Positions 1 to 13,655 of a stretch of DNA of 64,000 nt are shown piece after piece. Every line of letters starts with the position of its first letter. The first letter of the stretch is position 1. The notes below the pieces were generated by a model that worked only from the letters and a program-made list of their open reading frames with translations, was not told where the DNA came from and did not search any database. A program made the translations under genes and the position numbers. The DNA is from Vicugna vicugna (Eukaryota): positions 2,071,405-2,135,404 of the forward strand of contig MU057640.1 of NCBI GenBank assembly GCA_013265495.1. The letters run 5' to 3'.

Positions 1-54
1 TGAAGTGGCTGCTTCCTCCATGTGTTGTAAAGTGAGCTTGTGTATGTGTGTATT

Positions 55-1960
55 TTAAATAACAGCTTTATTGAGATATTATTCATATACCATAAAGGTC
101 ACCTTTTAAAATGTATAAGCCAACGGTTTGTGGTAAAGTTACAAAATTTTACACTAATCATCGTTGTTACTAGTTTCTTAAGGCAGCTGTAACGAATTAC
201 CATAAACCTCGTGGCTTAAAACAATGGAGATGTGCAGTCCAGAGGCCAGAAGTCTGAAACAGGTGTCGGCAGGGCCGCATTCCCTCCAGAGACTCAAGGG
301 CAGGTTCTCGTCCAAATAAGGAGTCAGGGTATTAGGAGATGGACATACCTCTTCAGGGCCACCATTCAACCCATGACAACCACTAGCGATTTCCAGAATA
401 TTTTTATCACCCAACAAACTCCCAATACCTATCAGCAGTCATTCCCCAGTACCCTCTACCCTTACTGCTACCCCTGCAAAACCACTAATTTACTTTCTGT
501 CTCTATAGATTTGCCTATTCTGGACATTTCATGTAAATGGAATTATGCATACAGTATATGGTCTTGTGTGACTGGCTTCTTTCATTCAGCATAATGATTT
601 CAAGGCTCACGTATGTTGTGGCATATGCCAGAACTTCGTTTTTTTAAATAGCTGAATAATATTCGATTGTATGGATGTACCACAATTTGTCTATCCATTC
701 ATTAGGTGATGGAAGTTTAGGTTGTTTCCCTTTTTGTCTAACGTGAATAATGCTGCTATGGACCAGTATTTTTGTGAACAGATGTTTTCAGTTCTCTTGG
801 GTATATACCTAGGAGTGAAAATTCTGAGTCATATAGTAGTTCTGTATTTAACCTTTTGAGGAACTGCCAAACAGTCTTTTACCACAGCCATGCCATTTTA
901 CATTACCATTACAATGCATGAGGGTTCCAGTTTCTCCACATCTTCTCAACACTTGTTATTTTTGACTATAGCCATCCTAGTGGATGTGAAGTGGTATCTC
1001 ATTGTGGTTTTGATTTGTATTTCCCTAATGACTAATGATGTTGAGCATCTTTTCATGTGCTTATTGGCCATTTGTATATCTTCTCTGAACAAATGTTTAT
1101 TCAAATCTTTTGCCATTTTAAAAATTGGATTGTATATCCTTCCATTTGTACACTGGAAGAGTTCTTTATATATTCTGGATACAGGTCCCTTATCAGCTGT
1201 ATGATTTGCAAATATTTTCTCCCATTCTGTGGGTTTTCTTTTTACTTTCTTGATGGTAAGCTTTGAAACACAAGCATCTTTAATTTTGTTGAAGTCCAGT
1301 TTATCTGTTTTTTCTTAGATTGCTTGTGCTTTGGTTGCCATATCCAAGAAACCAAGGTTGTTAAGTTTTATACCTGTGTTTTCTTCTAAGAGTTTTGTAA
1401 TTTTAGCTCTTATATATAGGTCTTTGTTCCATTTTGATTTAATCTTTGTGGTCGGAGGTAGGGGTCCAACTTCATTCTTTTGCATGTGGCTCTCTAATTG
1501 CCCCTGTACCATTTGTTTAAAAGGCTATTTTTTTCCTCATTGAATTGTCTCAGCACCCTTGTCAGAAAGCAGATTACCTCAAATGTGAGGGTTTATTTCT
1601 GGACTCTCAATTCTACTCCATTGATCCATGTGTCTACTCTAATGCCAGCACCACCTGTTTTAAGAACCTTAGCGTTGTGTTAAGTTTGAAATTAGGACGT
1701 GTGAATCTTCCAATTTTATTCTTTTTCAAGATGATTTTGGCTATTCTGGGTCTCTCGAATTTCCATATGAATTTTAAGGTCATTTTGTCAATTTCTGAAA
1801 AATAGGCAGCTGGGATTTTGATAGGGATTGTGTTAAATCTATCAGTCACTTTGGGAAATACTGCTATCTAAATAGTAAATCTTCCAATCCATGAACATGG
1901 GATATCTTTCTATTTATTTAGACCTCCTTTAATTTCTTTCAGTGATGTTTTGTTACTTCT
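55..1960 (-). mobile_element. Old L1 LINE, 3' part (ORF2 C-terminus + 3'UTR), interrupted by an MLT1 LTR at 165-378
   Basis: Minus ORFs 1634-1849 (RFNTIPIKIPAAYFSEIDKMTLKFIWK...PRIAKIILKKNK) and 1315-1512 resemble L1 ORF2; antisense L1 3' end 'cagctttattgagatatt' near 63. Confidence 0.9.
165..378 (-). mobile_element. MLT1 (ERVL-MaLR) LTR remnant, internally deleted
   Basis: TG...CA bounded; 'tagtttcttaaggcagctgtaacgaattaccataaac...ggcttaaaacaa' and 'ggccaccattcaacccatgaca' match MLT1 termini. Confidence 0.75.
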
Positions 1961-2164
1961 GTATATTGAATCTTATTTCACCACACATTAATTACAGGGT
2001 GAAGTAGCTATTGTCAAGAAAGGGGTTTCCTTTCCTTAAGATATCTGACCCACTCTCCTTAGGTTGAGCTGTATACTTGCATCTGACTGCTTTTGACCCA
2101 CAAAAACAGTAATTTCATACACCTCAACATAACACTATCATTGCTTGACTGTAGGCTAATGAGA

Positions 2165-2345
2165 TTAGTTAATATAGTAATTAAGCTAAGCTGCTGTTAC
2201 AAAGAGACCTACAGATGGTAGAAGTGTATTTCTTTTTCAAGGAGCAGTCCAGCCTGTGCAGGCTGGTGGGGCAGCTCTGCAACGTGAGATCATTCAGGAA
2301 CTCAGATTCTTACAGGGCTCCTCAGCATATGGTTCTGTCCAGATG
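2165..2345. mobile_element. Old MaLR (MLT1-like) LTR fragment
   Basis: 'gctaagctgctgttacaaagagacc...gaagtgtatttctttttc...ggctggtggggcagctctgc' resembles old MLT1 subfamilies. Confidence 0.4.
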
Positions 2346-2469
2346 GCTACATCTGAGTGACAGTTACTTCTGCAGAAGTATTATAATTATACTCTACAGA
2401 AAATGGGGGGAAGATAGCTTATCCACGGCAAGCAGCTTGTCTTTAATTTGGAGATGACTACAAAAGTAG

Positions 2470-2580
2470 ATATTATTATTTTCATTTTACAGATGAGGTA
2501 ACTGAGGCTTAGATGATTTAAGCCAGTTGTTTCGGTTCACCCAGGTGTTAGAGGTAAAGCTGTGACTTGAACTAAATATG
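2470..2580 (-). mobile_element. MIR SINE fragment
   Basis: MIR core 'cattttacagatgaggtaactgaggctta'. Confidence 0.7.
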
Positions 2581-2627
2581 TATCCCTTGAAACTGTGCTT
2601 TGTAGCCGTGTCACCATCTATATACTT

Positions 2628-3240
2628 GTTTTTAAATCGAAGTTTAGTTGATTTACAATGTTGTGTCCATTTCTGGTTTACAGCATATTGATTCAGTTAC
2701 ACATATATATACAAATATTCTTTGTATTCTTTTTCATTATAGGTTATTGTAAGATTGAATATAGTTCCTTGTGCTAAACAGTAGGATCTTGTTGTTTATT
2801 TTATATGTAGTAGTTAGTATCCGCAAATCCCAGACGCCTAATTTATCCCCCTACTCTGCCTTTGCCCCCCTGGTAACCATAAGTTTGTTTTCTATGTCTG
2901 AGAGTCTGTTCCTGTTTTGTAAATAAGGTCACTTGTGTGTGCCGTTTTTTTTAGGTTCTACATATAAGCAATATCATATGGTGTTTGTATTTCTCTGACT
3001 TACTTCACTTAGTATGATAATCTCTAGTTTCATCTATGTTGCTGCAAATGGCATTATTTCATTCTTTCTGGTGGCTGAATAATATTCCAGTGTGTGTGTG
3101 TGTGTGTGTGTGTACCACATCTTCTTTATCATTCATCTGTTGATGGACATTTAGGTTGCTTTCATGTCTTGGCTACTGTACATGGTGCTGCTGTGGACAT
3201 TGGGGTCATGTGTCTTTTTGAATTAAGAGTTTTCTCCAGA
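2628..3240 (-). mobile_element. L1 3' end (cetartiodactyl-type) with internal (GT)n
   Basis: Antisense L1 tail 'gtttagttgatttacaatgttgtg' through 'gttgctgcaaatggcattatttcattc' and 'gatggacatttaggttgctttcatgtcttggct'. Confidence 0.85.
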
Positions 3241-3434
3241 TCGCCTGTATACTCTTATTCCTGTACTTTGGGCACCCTCTTCCAGAGTGATTGGCCCATC
3301 ATGTTGGGGACCCAGCTGGACATCCCAGAAAGGACCAAAACATGCCTAGGAACTTGCAGCAAAGCTGGTTCCCAAATTGACTTGTTAATTCATTTACTCC
3401 TGCAAGAACTGTTTGTTGAATACTTACTTACTCT

Positions 3435-3820
3435 GTGTTGTGGGCTCATTGTCCACTGCACAACAGAAAGGCCAAACACCAAGGCAACAGTCTCCTGCAG
3501 AAAGAAAAAGGATTCATTGCAGGGCAGCCAAGTAAGGGGTCAGGAAGCGAGGCTTAGGTCTGTCTCCTCAGTCTATCGCTGTTGAGTGGGATATTTACTG
3601 TGGAAGTATGGAATAAGAGGGGGAGTGGGCTGGGAAACGTTTGGTGGAAAGTAAGTTTTAAGTTTCCGGAGTGCTCTGTGTAGGCCCGGCTGTTCATCAT
3701 GCCACTGCATGCGCCCTACAGGGGCCGTCAGCAGGTTGTTCCATATCTGCCGGTTCCCTGGTGTTCTGCAAAACAAGCTTGGTGTTCTCCACAGATCATT
3801 TCATTTCTATCTTCCTTCTA
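3435..3820 (-). mobile_element. ERV1-class LTR-like element
   Basis: Begins 'tgttgtgggctc'; 'ggattcattgcagggcagccaagtaagggg...ggcttaggtctgtctcc' resembles antisense MER4/MER21-group LTRs; boundaries approximate. Confidence 0.45.
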
Positions 3821-5059
3821 CCTTATGGGCCCTGATGTGTAAAGCACAGAGGTGGTTTCAGTGTCAGGTACTGGGCTAAGAAGCCCCCCCTCCCCGCCCC
3901 GGAACTCATCCAGGGCCTCGGGCCTCTGGGCCTCTGCTCTTGCGGGGTGCCCAGGGCCAGCTGAGTCTGACTGACTGTTCTTCTCTGGGCCGCCTCCATC
4001 CATGCTGTGATAGAGGCAGGGTGGGAATGGCCCAGATCCTCAACGACAGAGCTTCCCAGTCTGCTTGGATTTCAGACCGCCTCAGGGGGAGCCTTCCTTT
4101 CCCTTGGGTTGTGCTGTGTTGTGCGTGTGCAGGGAGAGCCGTGGTCACAGCCAGAGGCCGTCGTGCTGTAGTGGCTTCCTGCCTGTTGTGTGTGGGTCGA
4201 GGTGGAGGCATTTGCATTTTGAATGTAGCACAGCAAGAACGTATTGCCATGTGAATAGGTATTTATTATGTCAGTAAATACATTAATGTACATATTACAT
4301 AAATAAGTTAATAAATATATCATCATCAGAAAAGCCATCCTGGTCCAGCACAGGCACAGAATTGCTGCACCTTCAGTTGGAAAGAGTTGCTATTCATTCT
4401 CATGTTTTTCTTGACTTTGAAAATTAAAAACTACCCCTCCCCCACCTCTGACATTACCAGCCGGTGGAGAGGATCAGTGCACCTCTCGGGGTGGTTAATT
4501 ATTGACACAGGGTTTGGGGTTAGGCCTTGAGGACTTGGGAAATCACTGGCAGCACTGCGGGAGCCGCTGGTCCCCTCCCAGGCAGGGTGGCCACATGGTA
4601 AGGACTCCGAGGCAGTTTTAGCTGAGCTGGTACTTTGGAGCTGTTTGTAAACAGTCTTGAACCAGGAAGGCAAGAAAGTAGGCTAAACCCAAGGTAAATC
4701 ATGCGGACTTCGACTGTCCCCCTCTCCCTGGGGCTCAGACCCATCTAATGTGTATTTCTCCAGCCCTGTTTTTGGACTCTGTTCTGCCAAAGGGACATCA
4801 AGCCTCCATTTACATCACCCACCTTGTGTTATAAAAATCCAGAGGAACGTTGGCAAAGGAACACCTTGGCTGTTTAGTCATCCCGAGAAAGGCTTCTTCC
4901 CTGAGTGCCAGCCCTCCACGGGGCCCTCACCACACACGTTCTCATTTCAGCCCTTTCCAAGGGGAAGCTCACAGTGTTTACCAGCCAGAGGTGGCAGTTT
5001 CAGGATGAAGAGTAGTTACTGTTGTTCATTCCTGCAACTAACTGTTCCGTGAGGTAGGG

Positions 5060-5172
5060 GTTGCGGTCTCTGCTGCACAGATGAGGAAACTGAGGTTTGG
5101 AGAGGCAAACTTGCTTTCCTGGGGTCACGCAGCTGTAAGGGGTAAAGCAGGCATTTGACTCAAATCTGAGTC
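5060..5172 (-). mobile_element. MIR SINE fragment
   Basis: 'acagatgaggaaactgagg...ggggtcacgcagctgtaag...gcatttgactcaaatctg'. Confidence 0.7.
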
Positions 5173-5359
5173 TTTCTTGAGCAGCAGTCCTCCCGCTGCC
5201 CTTTGCTGTTGAGCCCTTCAAACAGAGTGGAATGCCCTGAGCCAAAGAACACGCCAGGGGAGAGCAGAGCTGGGAGCAGAAGGTCCCCTGGCTCCTCCCC
5301 CTTCCAGGTGGCCTGAGACATCTCCACTGCCTGGGGCTCCGCGTGAAAACCATCACAGA

Positions 5360-5526
5360 CAGCTGCCTTGTACAGGGAAGTACATCCAACACCTTGTAAG
5401 AACCTATAATGAAAGAGAATTTGGGAAAGAATGTATACTCATGTATAACTAAATCACTGTGGAGCACACCAGAAACTAACACAATGTTATAAATCAGCTG
5501 CACTTCAATAAAAATAAGAAAAAAGA
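5360..5526 (+). mobile_element. 5'-truncated L1 3' end with 15-bp TSD
   Basis: L1 tail ending 'cacttcaataaaaataagaaaaaa'; GAAAACCATCACAGA at 5345-5359 and 5527-5541. Confidence 0.85.
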
Positions 5527-7822
5527 GAAAACCATCACAGAGGGGACACGAGGACACAAACAGGTCACGTGTCTGCACCTTTGAAAACACCTTGTCTTAC
5601 CAGGCAGTGAGGCTTGGGACACTGGCTGTCTCTTCCTGGCTGGAAGAAAGGGGTTTGGGGAACCTTGGGGTTTTGTGCCTCGGGCTGGGGGTGGGCACTA
5701 ATGCCACGAGCAGGTGACTGAAGATGGGAGTTGCTCTAACCTGGAGTCGAGTCAGCAGCGCTGAGAGCTCTTACAGCTCACTGGGCGGAAGCTACCCAGC
5801 ACGACCGCTGTCTGGACAAGTGACGTTAAAGGTTTGGCAGGAGGTGTCCTGGCGCAGTTATCTGGGGCTTACTCTTGGGTACCCAGTGCAGCTCGCAGGA
5901 CCGTTTAACTGTGCACTCACTCCTCTGCCCACCCACCATCTCATTCACTGGATGAGGACCTACACCACCAGAGCCTGGGCAAGGCCTGAGAATGCAAAGA
6001 TTAAAAGCTACTGCCCTTTGGGAGCCCATGGGCCAGTAAACAAACAACTAGGATACACGGCAGCCCAAACGAGGGCTTAGTAACACGTGGGGGTGTGAGG
6101 GAAGGCTTCCTAAAGTGTCTAGTCGTTCCTGTCAGCCTCAGACTAACATCCAGCTTCTTGTCATGACAAGACCTGCAACTGCCAGTCTACCACGCTGGGC
6201 TTTTTTTTTTTTTTCCTGTCAAAATACATAAAGAAAATGGTAGTATTTGGAGGGCTCACTGGGGGAGGGCCATTGTCCAAGGAGACAGGCGAGTCCACAC
6301 TGAGGGTCTATGTGTAGAGACTCCTGGGATGCCCTGTCATGTCGGTGGGCACATTCCTCTCCTTTGTGTCTGCTCAGCCCTGTCCCTGGAGTGCTGGCCC
6401 TTCTCTCACTCAGCAGTCACGGTTTTGCTCAGTGTTTAGCTGCCCCCTTCCCCCATCCTGGTCTGGTCTATGTGCCCCTCCTCGGTGCCCCGTAGTGTCT
6501 CTGTTGTGACTCCTCTCTCCAAATTCTAATTGATGCTTTTTCTATTCCTTCCACTCATCTCTTTTTGGATAAGGTCTGTGTCTTTTATCCTGTATCCCAG
6601 TGGTTGGCATTGAGTCTGACGCATAGTAAATATTTGGTAGTTGTTTAAAATGAATGAATAAATAGTGGTGCATTTGAATCAGATCTTGAAAGAGGATTAT
6701 AGTTTGCCAGCAGAGAAATGATAGAAGGGCATTCTAGAGGGAAAGAATTGAGAATTGGTTCAGGTCCATGATGATTTACTCTGTATATTCCCTTAATACA
6801 TGTTGCTGAACCTATTTAAAACTTGCTTTCCTCGTCTGCAGAATGATGATAATACTTGTCTTGCAGGGTTTTTGTGGGGATTCAAGATGATGTTTGCAAG
6901 TATCTTAGCATGCTGCACATACAAGGTGCCGTAATAAAATAATTACTGAGTGTTAAAACTAATATGTCTTCTTGTTGGTTGTAAACTATGGATAAGTATT
7001 ACCAAAATGTTGAGGTTTGTGTTGAAAATGTAAGGAGAGCCACTCTTCCATCAGTTCATGGCCTTATGATTACTGGTCCTGACTTATTCCTAGAAGGAGT
7101 CAGCGCTACATGAGTTTGCCTGGTTCTAATTTTGAATTTGTAGAATAGTTATTCCACTAAGCTTTGTACTCCCCATTCTCTGCCTCAGGACATGTGAGAA
7201 CTTCTTCATGTGGACTTGAAAGATCGGGCGATGACTCTGAAGCCCTCACAGCCAGCCGATGGGCCGTTCTGTCCATCAATACACCCTTGTGAAATTTTCC
7301 CTTTTGAATTAGACAGAGGTCACCATGAAGGATGCACTCATGCTGATCGGGGGCAGGAATCTGCTGAACCGAACAGGTGTTGAAAGAGATCTTTCACAGG
7401 AGCAAAATCTGTTTGTCCTAGGTGGTCATCTCTCTGCTCTCCTAAAGCTAAAAGAATGTGTCTGTAGCTGCAGCTGAAGTTTTCTTGAAGCAGGAAAAGC
7501 ATGTCCCTGGGAGGCTGCCTCTTCTCCCAGCTCATTACATTCACAACAGCAACAACGAAATCGCTGTGTCCGTCAAGCACTAATTTAAGTGCTAGAGTAG
7601 TGCATTTAATTTCTTACGACAACCTGGTGAGATGGCTCGAGTTACTTGAGCTTTGCAGGTGAGGAATTTGCGGAACAAGACTGAAACCCAGTGTGCTTGA
7701 CTCTGGGGTTTTTGCTTACAGCCAGTAGACCTTATGGTCTCCCTTTTGTGTTACCTCAGTGCATCCGGTTTGTTAGTGTCCCTCCGTGTTGGAGAGGAGG
7801 TGGGATGCTCGTCAGAGCCTGA

Positions 7823-8038
<216 letters not shown>

Positions 8039-8901
8039 TGACTCCCTGGCTGGAACAGGACTGGAGACTGTTTACCTTTGTGCCAGCAGTTGATAGGTTT
8101 CTGGCCAGTTCTGCAGGATCAGTAAATGGAAGAGGAGATGAAGTATTACTCACTCCGGGAGGAACCCCATGGGTGGCTGGAAAGAGCTGCTTTGAGACAG
8201 TGTCAGCCCCTGCAGCACTGATGTCCCAGATGTCGCTTCTGTTCATCTGTAGTGACCGTAGAACTTACCCTAGTGACTAAAGCCTGCTGTCCAGAACTTC
8301 AGAATATTATTACTTAATACAAAGTAAGAAGGTAGAGCAGCTTTTATTTTGGGACCTCTGAGTGTCTTCCTTGTGGAAACGAAGAACATTTGAGAAGAAA
8401 GGAGTTCTAAAAGTCATCAAGTCAAACCCTGTCATTTTCTAAGTGAGGAATCCTAAGCTGTGAGTAGCTGAATGGATAGGTGGCTGTTCCTTTAGTTAGT
8501 GGCTGAGCTGAGAGCAGATAGAATTCACTTTTCTTGACTCCCACACCAGGGCTTTCTATCCTCACCTTCTCATCAGCCCGTTGAGGTGGGAAAGGGTAGC
8601 TCACTTATTTATGGGAAACTGCGGCCCAAGGTGTAGTTCCCCGTTGTCAGGGCTGGAATCACATAGCAACTTGATAAACTGTGGTAGTTGTACTTGACGC
8701 GAGAAAACTCTCGGGACTTGCTTTTCTTGTGCTAACTGAATGGTCAGAATGGGACGGGTGCAGAACTGTTGTGTTTTGCTTCCAGTTTCACTCTGGATGG
8801 TTGTGATGCTGGGCAGCTTGCTTTATGTCCTGAGCCCCGTTTGGGGTTCCCTAAATCCCAGTCTGTGTTTCTAGAAGGAGAAATGAGAGGTGGTTTTCTG
8901 A

Positions 8902-9318
<417 letters not shown>

Positions 9319-10089
9319 TGACCTGAGATGATACAGAATTCTTTCTTTTTGGGAGGTGGCAGGACTATGTAGGGTGAGTCATGAGTCCAGAGCTCTCCTC
9401 ACAGAGCGTCTGCTGGGCAAGTACCCTGAAAAGACTAGAGGGTGCTAGAAAGGGTCTTGGTTCTGCAGCGGACTTCTGGATGGGGGTTAACCTGATACAG
9501 GGATACTTCAGCCTTGAGAGCAGTTGTCAGAATATCCTGCCAGTGTCTTTTGGTATCAGAATCAGAAACAGCATATAGGCTAAAAATACCATGGGCCTGA
9601 AATTGTTTGGCATTTTTCATGTTTTTATGAAAAGGGCTCAAAGTCTAAACCAGCTGAGGAGGTCAGAGACTCGTAGCCCACTAGAGACCTGCCTTGTGGT
9701 TGGGTGACCAGCCCCCAGATGGCTCCTCTCTACACCCAGACTGTCCAGCTAACGGTCAGTGTCCACACAGATGAAGTGCAACAAAGCAGCTATGTCGCTT
9801 AAACTGCAGGGCCTGTAGCTAGAGGCGCGAGGGATGTCCATGGATATAGACCTGGTTCATTTCTTCCTTTCCTTCTCACTCCCCACTGTGGGAATTTGGG
9901 AAGCAACATGATAATACTGGCATCTAAAATTATCTTTATGACCTCCCACAATTAATATACATGATAATAGTAGTAGCTAAGACTGCCTTTATGGCTTCCC
10001 AGTTCTTTCACTTGGAGCTTCTGGTGAGACGTTTTCGTCCTTTTTATTCTGGAAGTCTTATGGTCCCTGCTACCAGCTTGTTTGGCAGG

Positions 10090-10200
10090 TGCTATTGTCT
10101 TTTTCATCTCAGAGGTGAGGGTCAGTGACTTGTCTAAAGTCACACAGCTAGTAAGTGAGAAAGCAGAATCTGGAATCAGAGTCTTCTGATTCCCAGACCA
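10090..10200 (-). mobile_element. MIR SINE fragment
   Basis: 'gtgacttgtctaaagtcacacagctagtaagtg...agaatctggaatcagagtcttctgattcc'. Confidence 0.7.
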
Positions 10201-11651
10201 TCTTATTTCCAGTATCATTGTTGTGTCCCTAAACAAATGACTTAAAAATCATATCTGGAGCTGACTGGAAAATGAAAGTCTTTTGATGCAACGCAGCAAT
10301 CCTAAATCTGGTTCTGTTTGGCAAGTCAAGGATCACTTCTGCAGGGGAGTGGAATGCACTTATGACAGTTCTTCAGGGACCCAGCAGGAGAGGAGGTAGA
10401 TCTGCACTGATCATTGGGTAGAATGATTAAAAGGGGCTATTCCTATTACTAATTCTAGTCCAACTAGAAAAACCCCAGAGTTCCTGGCTTTTTTGTTTTT
10501 TTAAGATTGCTAAATCACTGACTCTTGGCTATTTCTTTTGATTGATGAAATTATAAAGATACCAGCGAATAAGAAAAATGAAGATTGGATTTTGTCAGTA
10601 AGTAGTTACTAGGAAATGTCAAACTCATGCTCATAATAGCTAACATTGTAGAGCATGTACCATGTGCCATGCTCTGTTATAAGTAATTTGTATGAATTCT
10701 TATATAACCTTACATAATAAGATAATAATTATCTTACGTAATACAACCCTGTGATTTTGGCGCTGTTAACTCCATATTACATATGATGCCCCTCCATTAT
10801 AAGGCTCGGAGTTGAGCAATAAGGGTAAGATGAATAATGAGCTTTCTCTCTGGAGAGCATCCTCATAAATCACTGTATGTGGAAGATACGGGTTGCATAC
10901 TATGAAATTGATCCCTAACTGGATGTTTCACAAGAGGGGGATTTACCATGTTGGAGGGTCTTCCAGGTGTATGGTGTCATAGGCAAGTACTCCATAAATG
11001 TCCTGGTTCCCTGTGTGACACAGTTCATCCTTCAGGTTGGCTCAGCCTACTGCTTCTACGTATGTGATGGATTGGCCTCTGGGCTGGGGTTCGAGTTAAC
11101 TTAGAGGAAGGAGCTTAGACCCAAGCCATTCCTCAGACACGAGCAGGCAGGAGCGAGGATGTAGGAAGGCTGAGATTAGCTTGAACTTTCCCACTTTCCC
11201 ATTTAGCAGCAGAATTAACCAGCCAGGCATAGTTTTTCTAAATCTTCCGTGTGGTTTTATTCTCCTGCTGGTGAAAACAAAGCAGTAGGCCAGGGAAGCC
11301 AAGTACTTAAAGGGCACACAGGAATGAATCTCTTTGGGGCTTATTTCATCAAAGAAAGAAAAGTTCAAAAGTTCAAGCTCATTTCTCAGGCACTTGTGAT
11401 GAATCTGTGTTCCCATAAAGAAGGATTGCATTTATCAAATTGTCTTCTTTCTCCTTCTTCCTTTCATTCATTGGCTCAGCAGTTATTCAGCAACTACCGA
11501 GCACCTACTGTGTACCAGGCAGCTTTCACGGTGCTAATCCTTTTCTCATTTCACTTCTTTCTATCACTTTCCTAGTTATTTTGATATTCTCTTGAGAATG
11601 ACGAGCGAGTCAAATGAAAAACTGCTTTCGTCAGAATATTTTATTCTGAAG

Positions 11652-11740
11652 TGGGGGGTATAGCTCAGTGGTACAGTGAATGCCTAGCGTGCACGAGGTC
11701 CTGGGCCGCAGCACCTCCATTAAAAAAATAAGTTAAAAAA
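11652..11740 (+). mobile_element. tRNA-derived SINE (camelid vic-1-like), partly deleted
   Basis: 'ggggggtatagctcagtggtacagtgaatgcctagcgtgcacgaggtcctggg' plus A-rich tail. Confidence 0.8.
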
Positions 11741-12095
11741 ATTTTTTTAATGGTATTTTATTTCCATTTTATCTGTGTTCTGTCTTGGGCTCTCTCCCTG
11801 CTGTTGTGCTTCTCCGTATGTGTTCACTTACGTTTTTTCTAACTCGAGGTTCCATTTCTATGACATTTTGTTTTACTCCAGAATGACTTCCTAGAGCCGA
11901 GCGTTTCACTGAGAGTTTTAAGTTTTGACCACAGACGTGTTGCTCAGGTTGCTTTATTGAAAAAACTTCCCACTTTTTAGACGTGGTTCTCTCCGGTTAC
12001 TGACGTGAAAGCGTCAAAAGTTCTGGTCCTCCTCTCCCACCCCACTTCAGTCCGAAGCCTCGGGGAACCAGGGGTAATGGTTTAGAGTCCAGGTT

Positions 12096-12505
12096 TGGTT
12101 TTTGTTTTGTTTTGTTTTGTTTAATTGGGGTATAGTCAGTTTACAATGTTGTGTCAATTTCTGGTGTACAGCATAATGTTTCCGTCTTACATATACATAC
12201 ATATGTTCCTTTTCATATTCATTACTACAAGATATTGAATATAGTTCCCTGTGTGTACAGTAGAAACTTTTTGTTTCTCTATTTTATATATAGTCATTAG
12301 TATCTGCAAATCTCAAACTCCCAATTTATCCCTTCCCACCCCCTTCCCTCCTGGTAACCATAAGTGTGTTTTCTACGTCTGTGAGGCTGTTTCTGTTTTC
12401 TAAATAAGTTCATTTGTGTCCCTTTTTTAGATTCCACATATGAGTGATATCATATGGTATTTTTCTCTCTCTTTCTGGCTTACTTAGAGTGACGCTCTCC
12501 AGATC
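12096..12505 (-). mobile_element. L1 3' end with (GTTTT)n tail and 13-bp TSD
   Basis: TAGAGTCCAGGTT at 12083-12095 and 12506-12518; sequence similar to the 2628-3240 copy. Confidence 0.88.
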
Positions 12506-13414
12506 TAGAGTCCAGGTTCTTAATTCTTATGCACATGCTTTGTTCTCTTTCCTGGGTTCTCTCGTTTCCTGATGCCATAGCCCCCGCCCCTTCCCAGGAC
12601 CTTCATGCTGAGCTCACGTGCAGATTCATGCGGAAGGACCAAGGGCAGCAGGGAAGAGGTTCTGCCCACCTCGTGTGGTGCTGCTTCTAGAGCAGGTGCC
12701 TGGCAAAGACTTCAGGAAATGTTCTCTCTTCTCTTTGCTGTGCTTTCTCAATCCTTCCAGAGCAAATGGTTATCCTTTAAGAAGAAAGTTTAAACCACAC
12801 GCCTCAGTGGATTCAGTCACCAAGTGAACAAAGAATTAGACGACATGCCTCACTAACCTTCTGAACAACCACCCTGGAAATATGTTTATTTTTATTTGAA
12901 TGTTAGGTGATGTCTGGAGGGTGATTCATTTACAGCAGGCCCAATTTAAGCTAGATCACATTAAGTTGGCCCTGGGTTTCTTTTTTCTTCTTTTTTTTTT
13001 TAATCTCCTTTACGTAACAGGGGAAAAAATCAAAATAGAACCAAGACAGTAAAATATAAGTACACGATTCTGTTTTCACCCCAGACCCCCATCTTTTTCC
13101 TGGTCATAGGTAATCAATATATCAATAAATTTTAATCAGTAAATCAAGGGGCACTGGGGACTGTCAGCCCTTGTGGCTACTCCAGCTATATCCTCAGGAT
13201 GGCTCTTCTGAGCCTTCCTTTCCTTACCGGTCAGGGTGGTCAGGTGTTCAATTGCCAGCTAACTGTTGAGCTCCCCCATCTCTGCCGGGGACTTGAAGTG
13301 GGGGGCATTGGAGGAGAGCTCTCCAGATTGCCGGGGCACTGCCCCGCCTCCCCGGAGGCTAGCCCCCTTTGCACGGAGCGCCCCACTCCTCTCTGATGTT
13401 CCCCGTGCCGGCAG

Positions 13415-13655
13415 GAGCTCCGCACCTGGGAGGAGGAGCTGACACGGGCCGCGCTCCAGCAGAAGAACCAGGAGGAGCTGCTGCGGCGCCGGGAGCAGGA
13501 GCTGGCCGAGCGGGAGATCGACATCCTGGAACGTGAGCTCAACATCATCATCCACCAGCTGTGCCAGGAGAAGCCCCGGGTGAAGAAACGCAAGGGCAAG
13601 TTCAGGAAGAGCCGGCTGAAGCTCAAGGACGGAAACCGCATCAGCCTCCCTTCCG
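13415..13655 (+). CDS. MAP3K9: MAP3K9 coding exon: leucine zippers, basic stretch, first half of CRIB (ELRTWEEEL...[10 protein letters not shown])
   Basis: ggcag acceptor, G|gttggt donor, 241 nt; read directly because the ORF track misses this frame. Confidence 0.96.
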
